The notes beneath the pieces were generated by a model. It had not been told where the DNA came from. It made no database searches and worked only from the letters and a program-made list of their open reading frames with translations. 37,902 nt of DNA. Source: Nemertoderma westbladi (lineage: Eukaryota > Animalia > Xenacoelomorpha). A program made the translations under genes and the position numbers. The stretch is taken from assembly GCA_032718475.1 (NCBI GenBank), contig JAUCBJ010006945.1, positions 1-37,902 of the forward strand, read 5' to 3'. This document shows positions 22,799-34,320 of the stretch, in pieces. Each line of letters opens with the position of its first letter. The stretch's first letter is position 1.

Positions 22799-25700
22799 AT
22801 GTCAGATTCAACCAAATCACTGTCAGATAGTCTCTTAGAAAGTGTTAGAATGAGTATTAGACTTAGACAGCGTATTAAAAGGATCCGTGACCAAGATCCA
22901 AGTATAGAACATCCTAGATCCAAGTCTAAGTCACCTACTATTGTAAGAAAGGCCATCCCTACAGTAGTAGTGTCAGACCCTAGGCTAGTAGAACAACGTA
23001 GGTCTATCATCGGCACTCGGGCCCAAGTCAAGCGGGATCAAGAAGCAGCTGTCAAGCAGCAGCAACATCCTGGCCAGGAACCTAGTTCTCAGCGGCCCGA
23101 TGGCTCCAGTAGTTCGGATGCTGTTGAGCGGACGCCCGAACGCAGAGCGGAGATGGCGGATATGGTTTATGATGAGCGGCCAACCTATGAAGAATCAACC
23201 GACGCCACTTCTTCTCAAGAAGAAAGCGAGGTGGAAAGCGAAGTGGAAAGCGAATTAACAGCAGCAGAGAAGCCGCGAACTAGAGACGCCATTGACATAT
23301 ATCTGTCAGACTATCAGCGATTCATAGGAGACGAAGAGTTGAGGAGACGACTGTCTGGACTTCGCCCTAATAGTGAAGGAACCAAGCTTGTGTTGGACGC
23401 AATCGATGCGGAAATGTTAGCTGCAGAACAAGCTAAACGTGATGAAAAACTCCGCCTCATTAGAGTTCGAGAAGAACAAGTAAAGAAAGAACTGATAGAG
23501 AGAAGAAAGGTAGCAGCAGCAGCGGCGGCGGAAGCAGAAGCAGAAAGAAAAGAAGCAGAAGCCGAAAGAAAGGCAAAAGCGGCAGAAGCAGAAGCCGAAA
23601 GAAAGGCAAAAGCGGCAGAAGCAGAAGAAGAAAGAAAAGCGGCGGAAGCCGAAAGAAAGGCAACAGTGGCAGAAGCAGAACGGAGAGCGTCTGAGGCGAC
23701 TATCCAATTGGAGTTGGAAAGGCTGCAAGAGACGCAAGACAGTATAAATAAACAGTCTACTGCTAATCAAATGCAGATGATGAGAAAATCTACTCCCAAG
23801 CGTCAAGGATACACATCCTCGGAGGAAGGCGATACTACCGATCCTGAAGGCGGAGGAAATAAATCTCATTTGAGTAGGCGTAGAAAAACATATTACCGTC
23901 GCAAATTGCCTGATTTGCCCCCAGCTGTTAAAAGACAGCTAACTAGCACAGATTTAGGTAGTGCAGAACCCATAGAACAATTTATCCAGGTCAAAAGACT
24001 CCCTACTATAGTCGATGAACCTGAAATAATTAGGCCTGTAGTTCCCAAAGTCACTTCTGTGCTAGAGACCCCTGCACTTCCAGAGCTTAACTCTAAATTC
24101 CCTTTACATAGCACTACACTGCCTGTACCCGGTGGAACAGTTCATGCAAATACCCCTGTCCAGATAGCAGAGAGAGAAATCAATAATTTGTCTCCCGTCG
24201 TCCCGCGTCAGCCCGCTACTATGTTGGCGACTCCCGCTTCGGCGGTTGAGTGGGTGGAAGAGGGACGGCGGGGGATGAATCTTCTGCTAGGACAGATGCA
24301 GGAGACTGTCCACCAACTTAAGGGAACAGTGAGGGAAGGTAGAGCAGAGTTGCAAGAAGTGCAGCAAAGTATCGCGCTAGAACGCGACAAATTAGTCAAC
24401 ATACTAAAAGGCATACCAATACCCCCTGTAACATTGTGTCAACCCGTTAGGTCTGAAGTATTACATGCGCAAGGTGTGGAGCCTACACGCATCTATACTG
24501 CTAGTGAAGTTGAAACTCCTATAGCAAACCCTATTAAGGGTGATTATAGACCTGTTATTAATGATATTCCCTGTAGACCTGATAATGATCCGAGAAATTT
24601 ATATACCGATAATTCGATATTAAATAACACGATGGTCCAAGAAAGCTTTACGCGTCAGATGGCTAGAACAGAAGCCCGCCAAGCGGTCAAAGTGGGAGAG
24701 ATCGTCAAATTCAATGGAGATGAGATGAAATGGTTACCTTTCAACGAATATTACAAAGATAGCATACAGAACTCTGTACTATCTAACGGAGAGAAACTTA
24801 GATTCCTCATCAAGTGCTTGGAAGGACCTCCCAAGTTAATGGCGTTAAAGTTTATTGGACATCCAGATGGATTAAGACAAGTTTGGGATACACTAAACAT
24901 CAGGTATGGTAACAAGGATAACATAGCTAAGTATTTGTATGCAAAATTAGTAGCCCCCCGACACTTCCTTAGTAGCGGGATTATAGAGTTTTCCGATGAA
25001 ATTCAAGAGATCTGTAGACAACTGGACTGGTTAGGTAAGTCGCATGAATATCAGAGTTCCATGGTTATTGGAGCCGTAGTCTCTACTTTACCAAAGGGTG
25101 GAGTATGTACACGCTGGGACAAGAAAGTGTTGTACATGAATGAACAACAACGACGAAGTCCTATCATGGCTGATCTCATGTCTTTCTTAGATAGTGAAGT
25201 AAAATTACAACTCATAAGGCAGGCCAGAGAGAAAACATCGGAAAATAAGGTAAGTGAGAAACCCGATTCTAGGAGAAGGATAATACCAGTGTGTTATACT
25301 GACGACGGCGAAAGCCAAGCTTCTCAAGAAGAGGACAGCGGGAAAGACACAGCAAAATCTTACTATGACAACAAGACCTATAAAGACGTAAGTAAATACA
25401 AGTCTCGAACCAGTGACAGGAGAGAACAGGTAACAACAACTCCTCCTACGTCTCCTAAGAGAATTCACGGAAGGAAGCCCGAAGAAAGAACGAGAGTGCA
25501 TAACGTTAACCAAGTTAAGGTGAGTAACATCAAACCAAAATGTGCGCTGTGCGACGGGCCTCACCGTTTGAGTGCGTGTGCTGAATTTCTAAAGAAATCC
25601 CCTGTAGACAGACGTACAGTCCTGTGGAATAAGCGGCTATGCTATAATTGCCTCAGATCAGGACACCAACGGCGAACCTGTTACTCCGACGTAAAGTGTG

Positions 25701-26968
25701 CAAAGTGTGGCGCGAAACATCACATCTTGTTACACAGTGAGTTCGAACGAGACAACCCGAGTCAGGTAAGTGAGCCCGAACTACATGTCCAATTCAGTGA
25801 TGTGAACGACACTGACCAAGGTTCTGAGTGGGAAGGATTCTATACAGACGAATTCTCCGATGCCAACGAATCCTGTTATCTAATGAATACCACAGTGTAT
25901 CGAGCACTTACGGATGAAAAGGACACTGACGAGTTTACTCCAACTCCTTTTGACAAACAACCATCTTGGAAAGTTCCAACTTCCAACATAGGAATAAGAG
26001 AATTTCCTGTAGTGCAAGTTCGAGTTCATGGTCCCAACAAGAGTTACATAGTGAACGCCCTACTTGACTCCGGCAGCACAGGAACATTCATCAATCAAGA
26101 ACTAGCCGAAGATATCTTTGCTGGACAACCCAAGTTCCGGACTAAATTGAATATGTCAGGAATTATGCAGGTTTGGAAATCTACCCTAACGGCAGATTAC
26201 TATGTAGGTGTGTTGTCCACCCCCCAGGATAAGTTAGGAACACAAGGTATAAGGTCAGTAAAAATGGTGGCCATAAAGAACTTTGCTACTACTCAAGCAG
26301 AACCTTATAACTGGGACGAGGACGAGTGCATCCAACATCTTGAGATACCTCGATTCCAAACCGATTATCCTGGAGTGCAAATCCTCATCGGCCAAAACGC
26401 GCATGAGGCGCTCGAGACATTGGAGAAACGGCCTGCTCAACCGCAGCCATTACAAACTTATGCGGTAAGAACTAGAGTAGGTTGGTACTTCACTGGCCCT
26501 TCCCGTAGAACTCTCAAAGAGAGATTACCTCAACCACAGGTATACCAAGTAAAGGGGGAAGTGGAGAGCAGTGATGTGGACGATCCAACTGAGGGAACAC
26601 CATACGCCTCAGATAATGACGATATTAACTCCAATGTAGATCAATGGAGACATTGCCTTGGGACGATTAATCCAGCCGACATCGATTCCAGAAGAGCAAC
26701 TCCTCAAGAACGGATAGATACTCCCGGCTGGTTAGGTGGACCCGACTCCCTAAGTAAAGAAGAAGATGAATGGCCTCCTCATCTTACCACTGAGGAGATT
26801 AGACAGGCCAAGGGAGCGGCGGAAGTAACACGACAGCCTAATCACCCAGCTGGTCGTTTATGTTTACTGGAAAGAGACCAAAAACTGTCCGGAAACTATG
26901 GAAGGCAAGATACTCTTCCTACGACCACTTCCCTAATCCGACAAATATCTAGGGACTCCATAACATAA
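22799..26968 (+). CDS. gag: BEL/Pao Gag-aspartic protease polyprotein fused in frame to an RNase H C-terminal remnant (1389 aa; no RT or integrase)
   Basis: DUF1759-like capsid region (KFNGDEMKWLPF..EKLRFL..L..RYGN). BEL triple knuckle CALCDGPHRLSAC / CYNCLRSGHQRRTC / CAKCGAKHHILLH (25541-25735). Protease LLDSGSTGTFI (~26060), ILIG, AVRTRVGW. Then QWRHC..NPADIDSR..WLGGP..EWP. Confidence 0.93.
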   Translation: MSDSTKSLSDSLLESVRMSIRLRQRIKRIRDQDPSIEHPRSKSKSPTIVRKAIPTVVVSDPRLVEQRRSIIGTRAQVKRDQEAAVKQQQHPGQEPSSQRPDGSSSSDAVERTPERRAEMADMVYDERPTYEESTDATSSQEESEVESEVESELTAAEKPRTRDAIDIYLSDYQRFIGDEELRRRLSGLRPNSEGTKLVLDAIDAEMLAAEQAKRDEKLRLIRVREEQVKKELIERRKVAAAAAAEAEAERKEAEAERKAKAAEAEAERKAKAAEAEEERKAAEAERKATVAEAERRASEATIQLELERLQETQDSINKQSTANQMQMMRKSTPKRQGYTSSEEGDTTDPEGGGNKSHLSRRRKTYYRRKLPDLPPAVKRQLTSTDLGSAEPIEQFIQVKRLPTIVDEPEIIRPVVPKVTSVLETPALPELNSKFPLHSTTLPVPGGTVHANTPVQIAEREINNLSPVVPRQPATMLATPASAVEWVEEGRRGMNLLLGQMQETVHQLKGTVREGRAELQEVQQSIALERDKLVNILKGIPIPPVTLCQPVRSEVLHAQGVEPTRIYTASEVETPIANPIKGDYRPVINDIPCRPDNDPRNLYTDNSILNNTMVQESFTRQMARTEARQAVKVGEIVKFNGDEMKWLPFNEYYKDSIQNSVLSNGEKLRFLIKCLEGPPKLMALKFIGHPDGLRQVWDTLNIRYGNKDNIAKYLYAKLVAPRHFLSSGIIEFSDEIQEICRQLDWLGKSHEYQSSMVIGAVVSTLPKGGVCTRWDKKVLYMNEQQRRSPIMADLMSFLDSEVKLQLIRQAREKTSENKVSEKPDSRRRIIPVCYTDDGESQASQEEDSGKDTAKSYYDNKTYKDVSKYKSRTSDRREQVTTTPPTSPKRIHGRKPEERTRVHNVNQVKVSNIKPKCALCDGPHRLSACAEFLKKSPVDRRTVLWNKRLCYNCLRSGHQRRTCYSDVKCAKCGAKHHILLHSEFERDNPSQVSEPELHVQFSDVNDTDQGSEWEGFYTDEFSDANESCYLMNTTVYRALTDEKDTDEFTPTPFDKQPSWKVPTSNIGIREFPVVQVRVHGPNKSYIVNALLDSGSTGTFINQELAEDIFAGQPKFRTKLNMSGIMQVWKSTLTADYYVGVLSTPQDKLGTQGIRSVKMVAIKNFATTQAEPYNWDEDECIQHLEIPRFQTDYPGVQILIGQNAHEALETLEKRPAQPQPLQTYAVRTRVGWYFTGPSRRTLKERLPQPQVYQVKGEVESSDVDDPTEGTPYASDNDDINSNVDQWRHCLGTINPADIDSRRATPQERIDTPGWLGGPDSLSKEEDEWPPHLTTEEIRQAKGAAEVTRQPNHPAGRLCLLERDQKLSGNYGRQDTLPTTTSLIRQISRDSIT

Positions 26969-28591
26969 TAACATATGGAGTGGGTGTGTGACTATATCAT
27001 TTTATATTTGTTTTTATTTTATATTTATGTATGTATTATTACGTAATTTTATTATAATCGTTTTCTTTAATTTTATTTAGTAGAATGTTATTTTAGCGAT
27101 TATTTAGTAGATTAGTGCAATATATTAGTGTTTATTACGTACGTAATTACTTATAATATATATTTAGTGCGACGGCGAGAAATAATTATTTTTTCTCTTT
27201 CCTTACTGTCCGTATTATATTATAAATGCGAGACTATAGTAAGATGACATGTCAGTACTTATTAAAGTACAATAAAGCCACTACTATATTCAAGTATTAT
27301 TGGTAGGCAGAGTATTAGGAATGCAAAGTTCAGATCCTCGTGTCTCGGCTAAACCAAGCTCTGGGTAGACCTTGGAAACGACTTGCCTCTTCACACTGAC
27401 ATTGCTTCGTGCGATATTGCTCTTCTACCTTATAACAAATAATACATATAGTAGCGTGATGTCCCTCTAACAGTAGCGTAAATCGCAAATAAATCTGTTA
27501 AACTTTTGACCTTCTGTAATTCTAGTCGATTAAGATATCGTGGCACCCACCGATATACTTGAAAGACAAATTCTAGAATCAGTGGTTAATGTCCCCAGAC
27601 AAGTTCTGGAATAAATCGGTGCCCATCCTAAATATTAATTTAATATTTATTAAAATCTGTAAAATCTCGATCCTTTAAAATTTCTAGTCAATTAAGATAT
27701 CGCAGTATTTACCGATATTCTTAGAAGGACTATTTTATAGAATTAAGGATCCTAAGTCCCCAGATATGCTCTGGAATAAAATTTGTGTCAATTTAACATC
27801 AAATAATAAAATTCACGGGAATAAATTTAAATTCATATTCAAATGAATTTCATAAATTGTCATTTTGTGCAATTTATAACATTCCCAAAATTCCAGTAAT
27901 TAATAGATCATGGGAGCGGAGATTCATATTGAGTGTATTAGAGTGTGAGAATCTCCAACATATAGTCAATAGCCGATAAAATTTATAAAATCATGCATAA
28001 AGAGGATATTGACAATTAAAGAATTACTATTAAATAACATCCCAGATCTGTATGCATGAGAATTACCCTAATTCTACCGCTAGTTTTCCATAATGTCACC
28101 ATGGCAACACCCACGCTGGAATTAGAAGCAAGTTAAAGGAACAATAAAGGCTTGCCCCATTGCGTAGCATAAGAGAATACATAGCGCACTATTAGTATCC
28201 AAGGATACATAGTAATAACGTGACATTCTGGAAGACAATGACTAACGGACAAAATGGCTTGCATGTGTGCAGTAAGTAATGTTTGTATGGAATTTGTGCG
28301 TTTATAGGTGAATGATACTACTAAAGTGTGTTTACAGTAGCTAATCGCAATTGTAAAGTAGCCTAACTCTACCGAGATAACCTCAAGTGGATTCAAGCCT
28401 TTGGGACGGACAGTGGTGGGACTTGTGTCGATTATCGTTGTCGTGCTGTTGCTACATGTTGGCGCAAACACCGCGACAACGGTACATCGGCGCTGAGAAA
28501 CCCACTGTCCGGGGTCAAAGACTAGTAGGCAGCGACGCCCGCTTGCCTAAATATTGACTCATACTAATATTAATAAACTCAGATAGCAGAT

Positions 28592-29881
28592 ATGACGGAA
28601 TTAATAGAAGATGACCTTGGTATTAGAGAGCGATATACTCTACCTTTACAAGCGTTTGTGGATAGTTTGATACGCGGTGAAGCCGATCCGACTATTACGG
28701 AGGACGATGGTCGTTATATCGAACCGCCGATGTCCCAGGAACAACTTACGCGTGAATTGGACTATAGAAAATTCACCGCTCGCTATACGAATCGTAATGG
28801 TACGTATATGGACTTCTTAACTACCGGCCATCCTATCGATTTACATGATACGGACGATGTAGACACCCTAAAGGGAAATGGTTCTATTTAAATATCATAC
28901 CCAGCGGAGTCGTAACGATAAACCGAGAATAGATCACGAAAATTCTATTCGTAACAGACTGGGAAGACGAACCAATATGCCTAGAATCTGAGGAGATTCA
29001 GCCTATCGCGCTCGGAACAGCGACAACGATTACATCCTAGAATGGTATCAAGGTCCACAGTGTCTCACTGCGTACGATTATCGCCATGCCAACTATGTTT
29101 CTCGGCAACGTTGTCGGTTATGCGCATCGAGAGACCCTGTTACGCCCATGGACACAAACGTCCGCTGTTCCTATTTCCACGAACAACCGGCGATGGAAAT
29201 TTATTGAGCGTATTGCAGATTTAATAATTTGCATATTTTTGCGGTTTGCCCTCAATTTATGACTCAATGTCACCACTGTCCACTAAAGGGACACGCCAGT
29301 TTCGATTGCCCTTTTAATCGCGATTTGGAAAGCGTAGATGAAATGATCACACTACGTTACATTAGAGCTTGGGAAGCGAACGCTGATTTACATCGTGATT
29401 CGCGCCATCGCTATTATCCTGGACGCGCTTACGAAGGAATTTATGCGTTCCATCCTTATCTATTCGCTTCTGTCGAACAGAAATCACGCATATCGAGTTA
29501 CAGGAAGTATATCGACGGCCTTACGAGTACCGAGCCCGCGAACGCGAGTTGGAAAGAACCATTAAACCAAGGAAGTTTCTAACTACTTATGGTCCACCCA
29601 CGGCCCTCGTGCAGACCACTCGTACAGGACCCGTAAGAGCGGCTGTCTTGAAACGAGCTCTCAAAGCCGTTAGACCCCTCTCCCCGGACGTTGATGTCAA
29701 TCAACCCGGTACTTCGACCGGCGGATATACCGATCGCAATCCCATACCTTCTGATGCAATCATATTGCACCCTTCACCCAGGAGTTATAGCCCTCCTCGT
29801 AAAGTGGCTCGCCCCAAAGAGAAAAGGACTCTTGCTAGCTTTAAAAAACTGCGTAAACGCCGTCCGCGCAAGAAAGACTAA
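28592..29881 (+). pseudogene. Decayed accessory ORF (~430 codons) with CCHC zinc knuckles and a basic C-terminal tail
   Basis: The track's short ORFs join through a frameshift at about 28871, in-frame TGAs at 28989 and 29205, and a frameshift at about 29550. Motifs are *AYCRFNNLHIFAVC and CHHCPLKGHASFDC; it ends KKLRKRRPRKKD. Confidence 0.6.
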
Positions 29882-29950
29882 CTGTTTAGAGTATTTTTAT
29901 ATTTTAGAAACTGTGATTTTGTATATTTTATAGACTTAAATCCCATTTTC

Positions 29951-29959
29951 TGGGAGCGG
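29951..29959 (+). other. Polypurine tract
   Basis: TGGGAGCGG immediately 5' of the 3' LTR TGT. Confidence 0.65.
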
Positions 29960-31192
29960 TGTAAAAGCTTCTGTGGGATATAACTGGCCCCTTTTGCTTC
30001 GCAATCCAGTTTCCCCCCAGGCGCTGGAATACTCTAAAAAGGTTCTCTAACTGTATATATATTCCCCTCGCCCGCAAGGTACCGTTACAGGTGTTTTAAC
30101 GGACATAAAAGTCATTCTGCTATATACGTGTTTTGGCGGACATGGTAAGGCAAAAAACCTGTAATGCACCAACTACCTTTCACAGCTTAGCCGTGATGAT
30201 TCATATTACGACATCTAACAGCTGGTTGCTGACATGGAAACAGCCATTGGACGCATAGTTCTTTGTTTGGCTTGAGCCAATCAGAGCGATTTTTCCTGTC
30301 GACGTGTAGCTTTTCAGCCGATCATAAGGAGAGTGTTCAGTCTTACTGCCTTACTTGATACTTTGTTGTTATTGCTGTCTAAGCCAGAAACACCGGCTTT
30401 TTGGGAAGAACTCTAGTAAACTGCTTAGATTATAGAAAGTATAACTGTTACCGGCGGTGTTACCTCACTTAATTTAACTGCACTAATCATATTGTTTGTA
30501 CTGCTATTTACCGTCAGTTATTAATTGTATCTATTTGTTGATGGAAATATTGCTCTTTGGAGAATACGGATAAATCACCCAAAATTCCCAATTTTCTTGA
30601 TACACTACAGGTTAGAGAGGCGGGCTATATATAACAATTGCGATTTATATCAATGTGGTGTGTATTGAATCTAATGTTATTTAGTAGACACTACCTGAGT
30701 CAATTGCTGTTCTCTTTATGTGTGATCAAATATACTGACGGTCGGCAGAATAGTGTGCATGATTGTGAGTGTGATGTGACTGGTAACAAAGCATTTCCTA
30801 AAGAATGCGACTTATACTTTAATCATAAGCCTTATCGTTGCGTTTAGTATAAGTCCTAGCTCTGTTTAAATAGATAGAGCGCCACGTCCTAAAGGAACTG
30901 TTAATATTTCCCGAAAGTTAATAATATCTGTCAGAAATTACATATTAGCGATCAATCGAATAATACAGTAGGCTTACACTGCAACCTTACACTGCAATAA
31001 TAAAATCTAAGCATCCGAATTCAGCCTCCCGGGTGTAGATCCATCGGGTGAATGATCGCGCATGGGCTGGCTTCGGCTAATGTTTTGTTTATTAGCATAA
31101 AATATTGTCGTATGCTAAAGGTGTGTTAATTAACTAAAAGACATATAAATTTTGGCAGGTTAAACTGCTAAAGGTCTTCAAAAGCGCGAACA
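29960..31192 (+). repeat. 3' LTR (1233 bp)
   Basis: Differs from the 5' LTR by about 6 substitutions and 2 single-base homopolymer indels, counted by eye. Confidence 0.97.
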
Positions 31193-31735
31193 GTCTGCTA
31201 AGCTAGTTCCTTTGAAATGCTATGTAAGCATGCCTCTCGCGGTTTAGATGTTGGGACTGTAGCAATTTTCGACAGCCTGTTTTTCGTGGCTCTTTGAGGA
31301 AGTTTGTCCGGATTAAAATACCTCAGATGGTGCTTGTTACAGAATTTACCTTGCAGGTAATGAGAACAGTAGCACGAGGTATTCCTTCTGGGACGGGATC
31401 CATTCTATCCGGTGAATTTGTCTCGTTTTTGGAATGAGTTTGGGGGAAGTTAATGTTTCTGGAAGACTATCATGTTCACCCTTCAAATCGACCAGCGAAA
31501 TGATCGAGAAATGGCAACTGCTCATATTATCTTTTGCGAATGATTGGAACTCTTCAGATAACCCACCCCCACTCCTGAACGCGTGCCTTTATGAACGTCC
31601 CTAAAGTTATTTTGCCAAGTACCGGTAAATGAATTATAACGGTATTCTGATTTCAGGCCTGGAGATAATTGAGTTAAATACGTGGCACATCACACAGTAA
31701 CTAAGGTCCGTGCTAGAATGCTAGATTGAAATCCC

Positions 31736-32300
31736 TATAGTGGGGCTGTTAAACGCCTACCGCGTATTAATTGCATTTGTATACCTTGGAGTCGTTGTTG
31801 AAGCTTGACCCCATTGTTTATATCGTATTGGGGCTGTTAAATGCCTATGTACCGTGTATTAATTGTATTGTATACCTTGGAGTCGTTGTTGAAGCTTGGC
31901 CCCATTGTTTATATCGTATTGGGGCTGTTAAACGCCTACCGTGTATTAATTGTATTGTATACCTTGGAGTCGTTGTTGAAGCTTGGCCCCATTGTTTATA
32001 TCGTATTGGGGCTGTTAAACGCCTACCGTGTATTAATTGTATTGTATACCTTGGAGTCGTTGTTGAAGCTTGGCCCCATTGTTTATATCGTAGTGGGGCT
32101 GTTAAACGCCTACCGTGTATTAATTGCATTGTATACCTTGGAGTCGTTGTTGAAGCTTGGCCCCATTGTTTATATCGTAGTGGGGCTGTTAAACGTCCTA
32201 CCGTGTATTAATTGCATTGTATACCTTGAAAACATTGTAGAAGCTTGGCATGTTGCTGTCCCATTGTTTATCACACTGATAGAGTATACCTTGAACATTA
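31736..32300. repeat. 87-bp tandem repeat, about 6 copies, containing GTATACCTTGG
   Basis: The 29-codon periodicity is visible in the ORF track. The motif is the reverse complement of the CCAAGGTATAC subterminal motif at 18770-18900. Confidence 0.92.
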
Positions 32301-33724
32301 TAATATGTATAATGAGCTAAAATTGTCTACCTTGGAACGAACAAACTCTTTCACTTCCAAGGGATACAAATTCCAAGGGATACCGTCTTATACCAAGGTA
32401 TACCAATATACTGCAGTATCATAGAAACGGGAAGGGCAGCGACAATTTATCTTGGCCAACACAAAGGGCTCTATAGAAGTAATTAAAATTGTAAGTGCCG
32501 ATATAAACCCGTTCGTTTGTAGAAAATGACAGGCAGTCAAAGTTATGTTCCAAGGGTATACATATTTATCCAAAATCGTGTCCTACCCTCCTTAAACAGA
32601 TTGTGTGGTCAAATTGCAGGAAGTAGGAGGGTCGAATAGATATAATTTGGGAAGCAGAATCAATACTCATTACAATAAATGTTTATTTGGCGGCATTCCG
32701 ACACCATGTAGACAGTCTGTAGATGTTGTTTTTACACTATTTTTTTTAAGAAAAAAGTGAAATTCTATATAGTTTGCTATGCTAGACGTTATTTTAAGCC
32801 ATGGGTCATGTTTATGTGCCCTTTGTGATTAAATGAAGAAGCAACGTCCACTCTATCGATTGGTATATAATATTGGCCAAGATATTCAAGTCATATTTCT
32901 GTATGGCAGCTTATTTCATGGGGACTATATTTTGCAACGCCCAAGGTAGACACCAAGGTATACATTTTTATGACTTGACTTCTTGTAGTGAAAATACAAT
33001 ATTAGTGTGCAACTCAGATTTTATCTATGTTGTAGAGCTCGCTCTAATCTTCAAAACGAGCCATCAACCATTAAAATCGGTTGATGTAAACTGGATTTAT
33101 AAGCAAAAGTGTGAATTTGCAAAAATGTGCCATCCTTACTGACCAATGACCTAAAACTTTCCCCAACCCATTCCTTCGCCCTGCCCTGCCATTACCTCTA
33201 AGTTATAAATGATTAAATAACCGATTAATACAAATTGCCGAGGTATATTTCATTACCCAAGATAAATAAATAGTATAAATACGCACAAGAAACATCGACA
33301 GCCAGTATTAACGACTACTTACCTACCAGGAGCTCGATTAGCTTTATACTAATAGGCCTAACTAAAAGGCCAGGGTCGGATTTTGAAACAAACAAACTGC
33401 TTCTCCTATCATGTTTTATTGTATAACAGTTTATGTTACATTTCATAGAAATATCTTAGTAGAGGCCATTTTTAAATCCGGCCCTAACATTCGTCCCTGT
33501 AGTATTAAACAGTCGTTAAATAGGCTTTATATTATAAATTATTATAAAACATCAATAACATTAGTTGATATATATTAGCCAATATGATATTAATGATACA
33601 TGATAAAGTAAAATATGTATGAGGAGTAATAACTATAATTATACGCAGAAAATTTATAAAACTTACAATAAAATGATAAATATAGACCATCCAGTCTTAG
33701 GCGTAGCGATAGAAGCAGAAAGGT

Positions 33725-34320
33725 GAGAGAGAGCATTGTGGGTGACATTGATATCGATAGCACACGTTATATACTATGAGAGAGAGAGCATTGTGGGTGA
33801 CATTGATATCGATAGCACACGTTATATACTATGAGAGAGAGAGCATTGTGGGTGACATTGATATCGATAGTACACGTTATATACTATGAGAGAGAGAGCA
33901 TTGTGGGTGACATTGATATCGATAGCACACGTTATATACTGAGAGAGAGAGCATTGTAGGTGACATTGATATCGATAGCACACGTTATATACTATGAGAG
34001 AGAGCATTGTGGGTGACATTGATATCGATAGCACACGTTATATACTATGAGAGAGAGAGCATTGTGGGTGACATTGATATCGATAGCACACGTTATATAC
34101 TGAGAGAGAGAGCATTGTAGGTGACATTGATATCGATAGCACACGTTATATACTATGAGAGAGAGCATTGTGGGTGACATTGATATCGATAGCACACGTT
34201 ATATACTATGAGAGAGAGCGCATTGTGGGTGACATTGATATCGATAGCACACGTTATATACTATGAGAGAGAGAGCATTGTGGGTGACATTGATATCGAT
34301 AGCACACGTTATATACTATG
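33725..34320. repeat. 53-55-bp minisatellite, about 11 copies
   Basis: (GA)nGCATTGTGGGTGACATTGATATCGATAGCACACGTTATATACTAT with a variable GA count. Confidence 0.95.

Larger units (their letters stand above)
19306..31192 (+). mobile_element. Non-autonomous BEL/Pao LTR retrotransposon, complete and recent
   Basis: Two TG...CA LTRs, a 5-bp TSD GTCTG (19301-19305 / 31193-31197), a purine-rich tract GGGAGCGG before the 3' LTR, and a BEL-type Gag and protease. Confidence 0.95.
18591..33152. mobile_element. Degenerate DNA transposon (~2.7 kb before interruption) hosting the LTR element
   Basis: Perfect 17-bp TIR AGGTCATTGGTCAGTAA (18591-18607 / 33136-33152), CAAGGTATAC subterminal motif clusters on both sides, and a possible transposase remnant on the minus strand at about 31340-31560 (..EFQSFAK..IPKTRQIHRI). 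TSD unclear. Confidence 0.55.

Noticed and set aside
23417-23869. Phe/Cys/Leu-rich antisense ORFs
   Set aside because: Reverse complement of the GAA/GCA-rich Gag repeat.
33725-34320. CRISPR-like regular array (also 31736-32300 and 37236-37902)
   Set aside because: The units are head-to-tail repeats with no unique spacers, there are no cas genes, and the context is eukaryotic.
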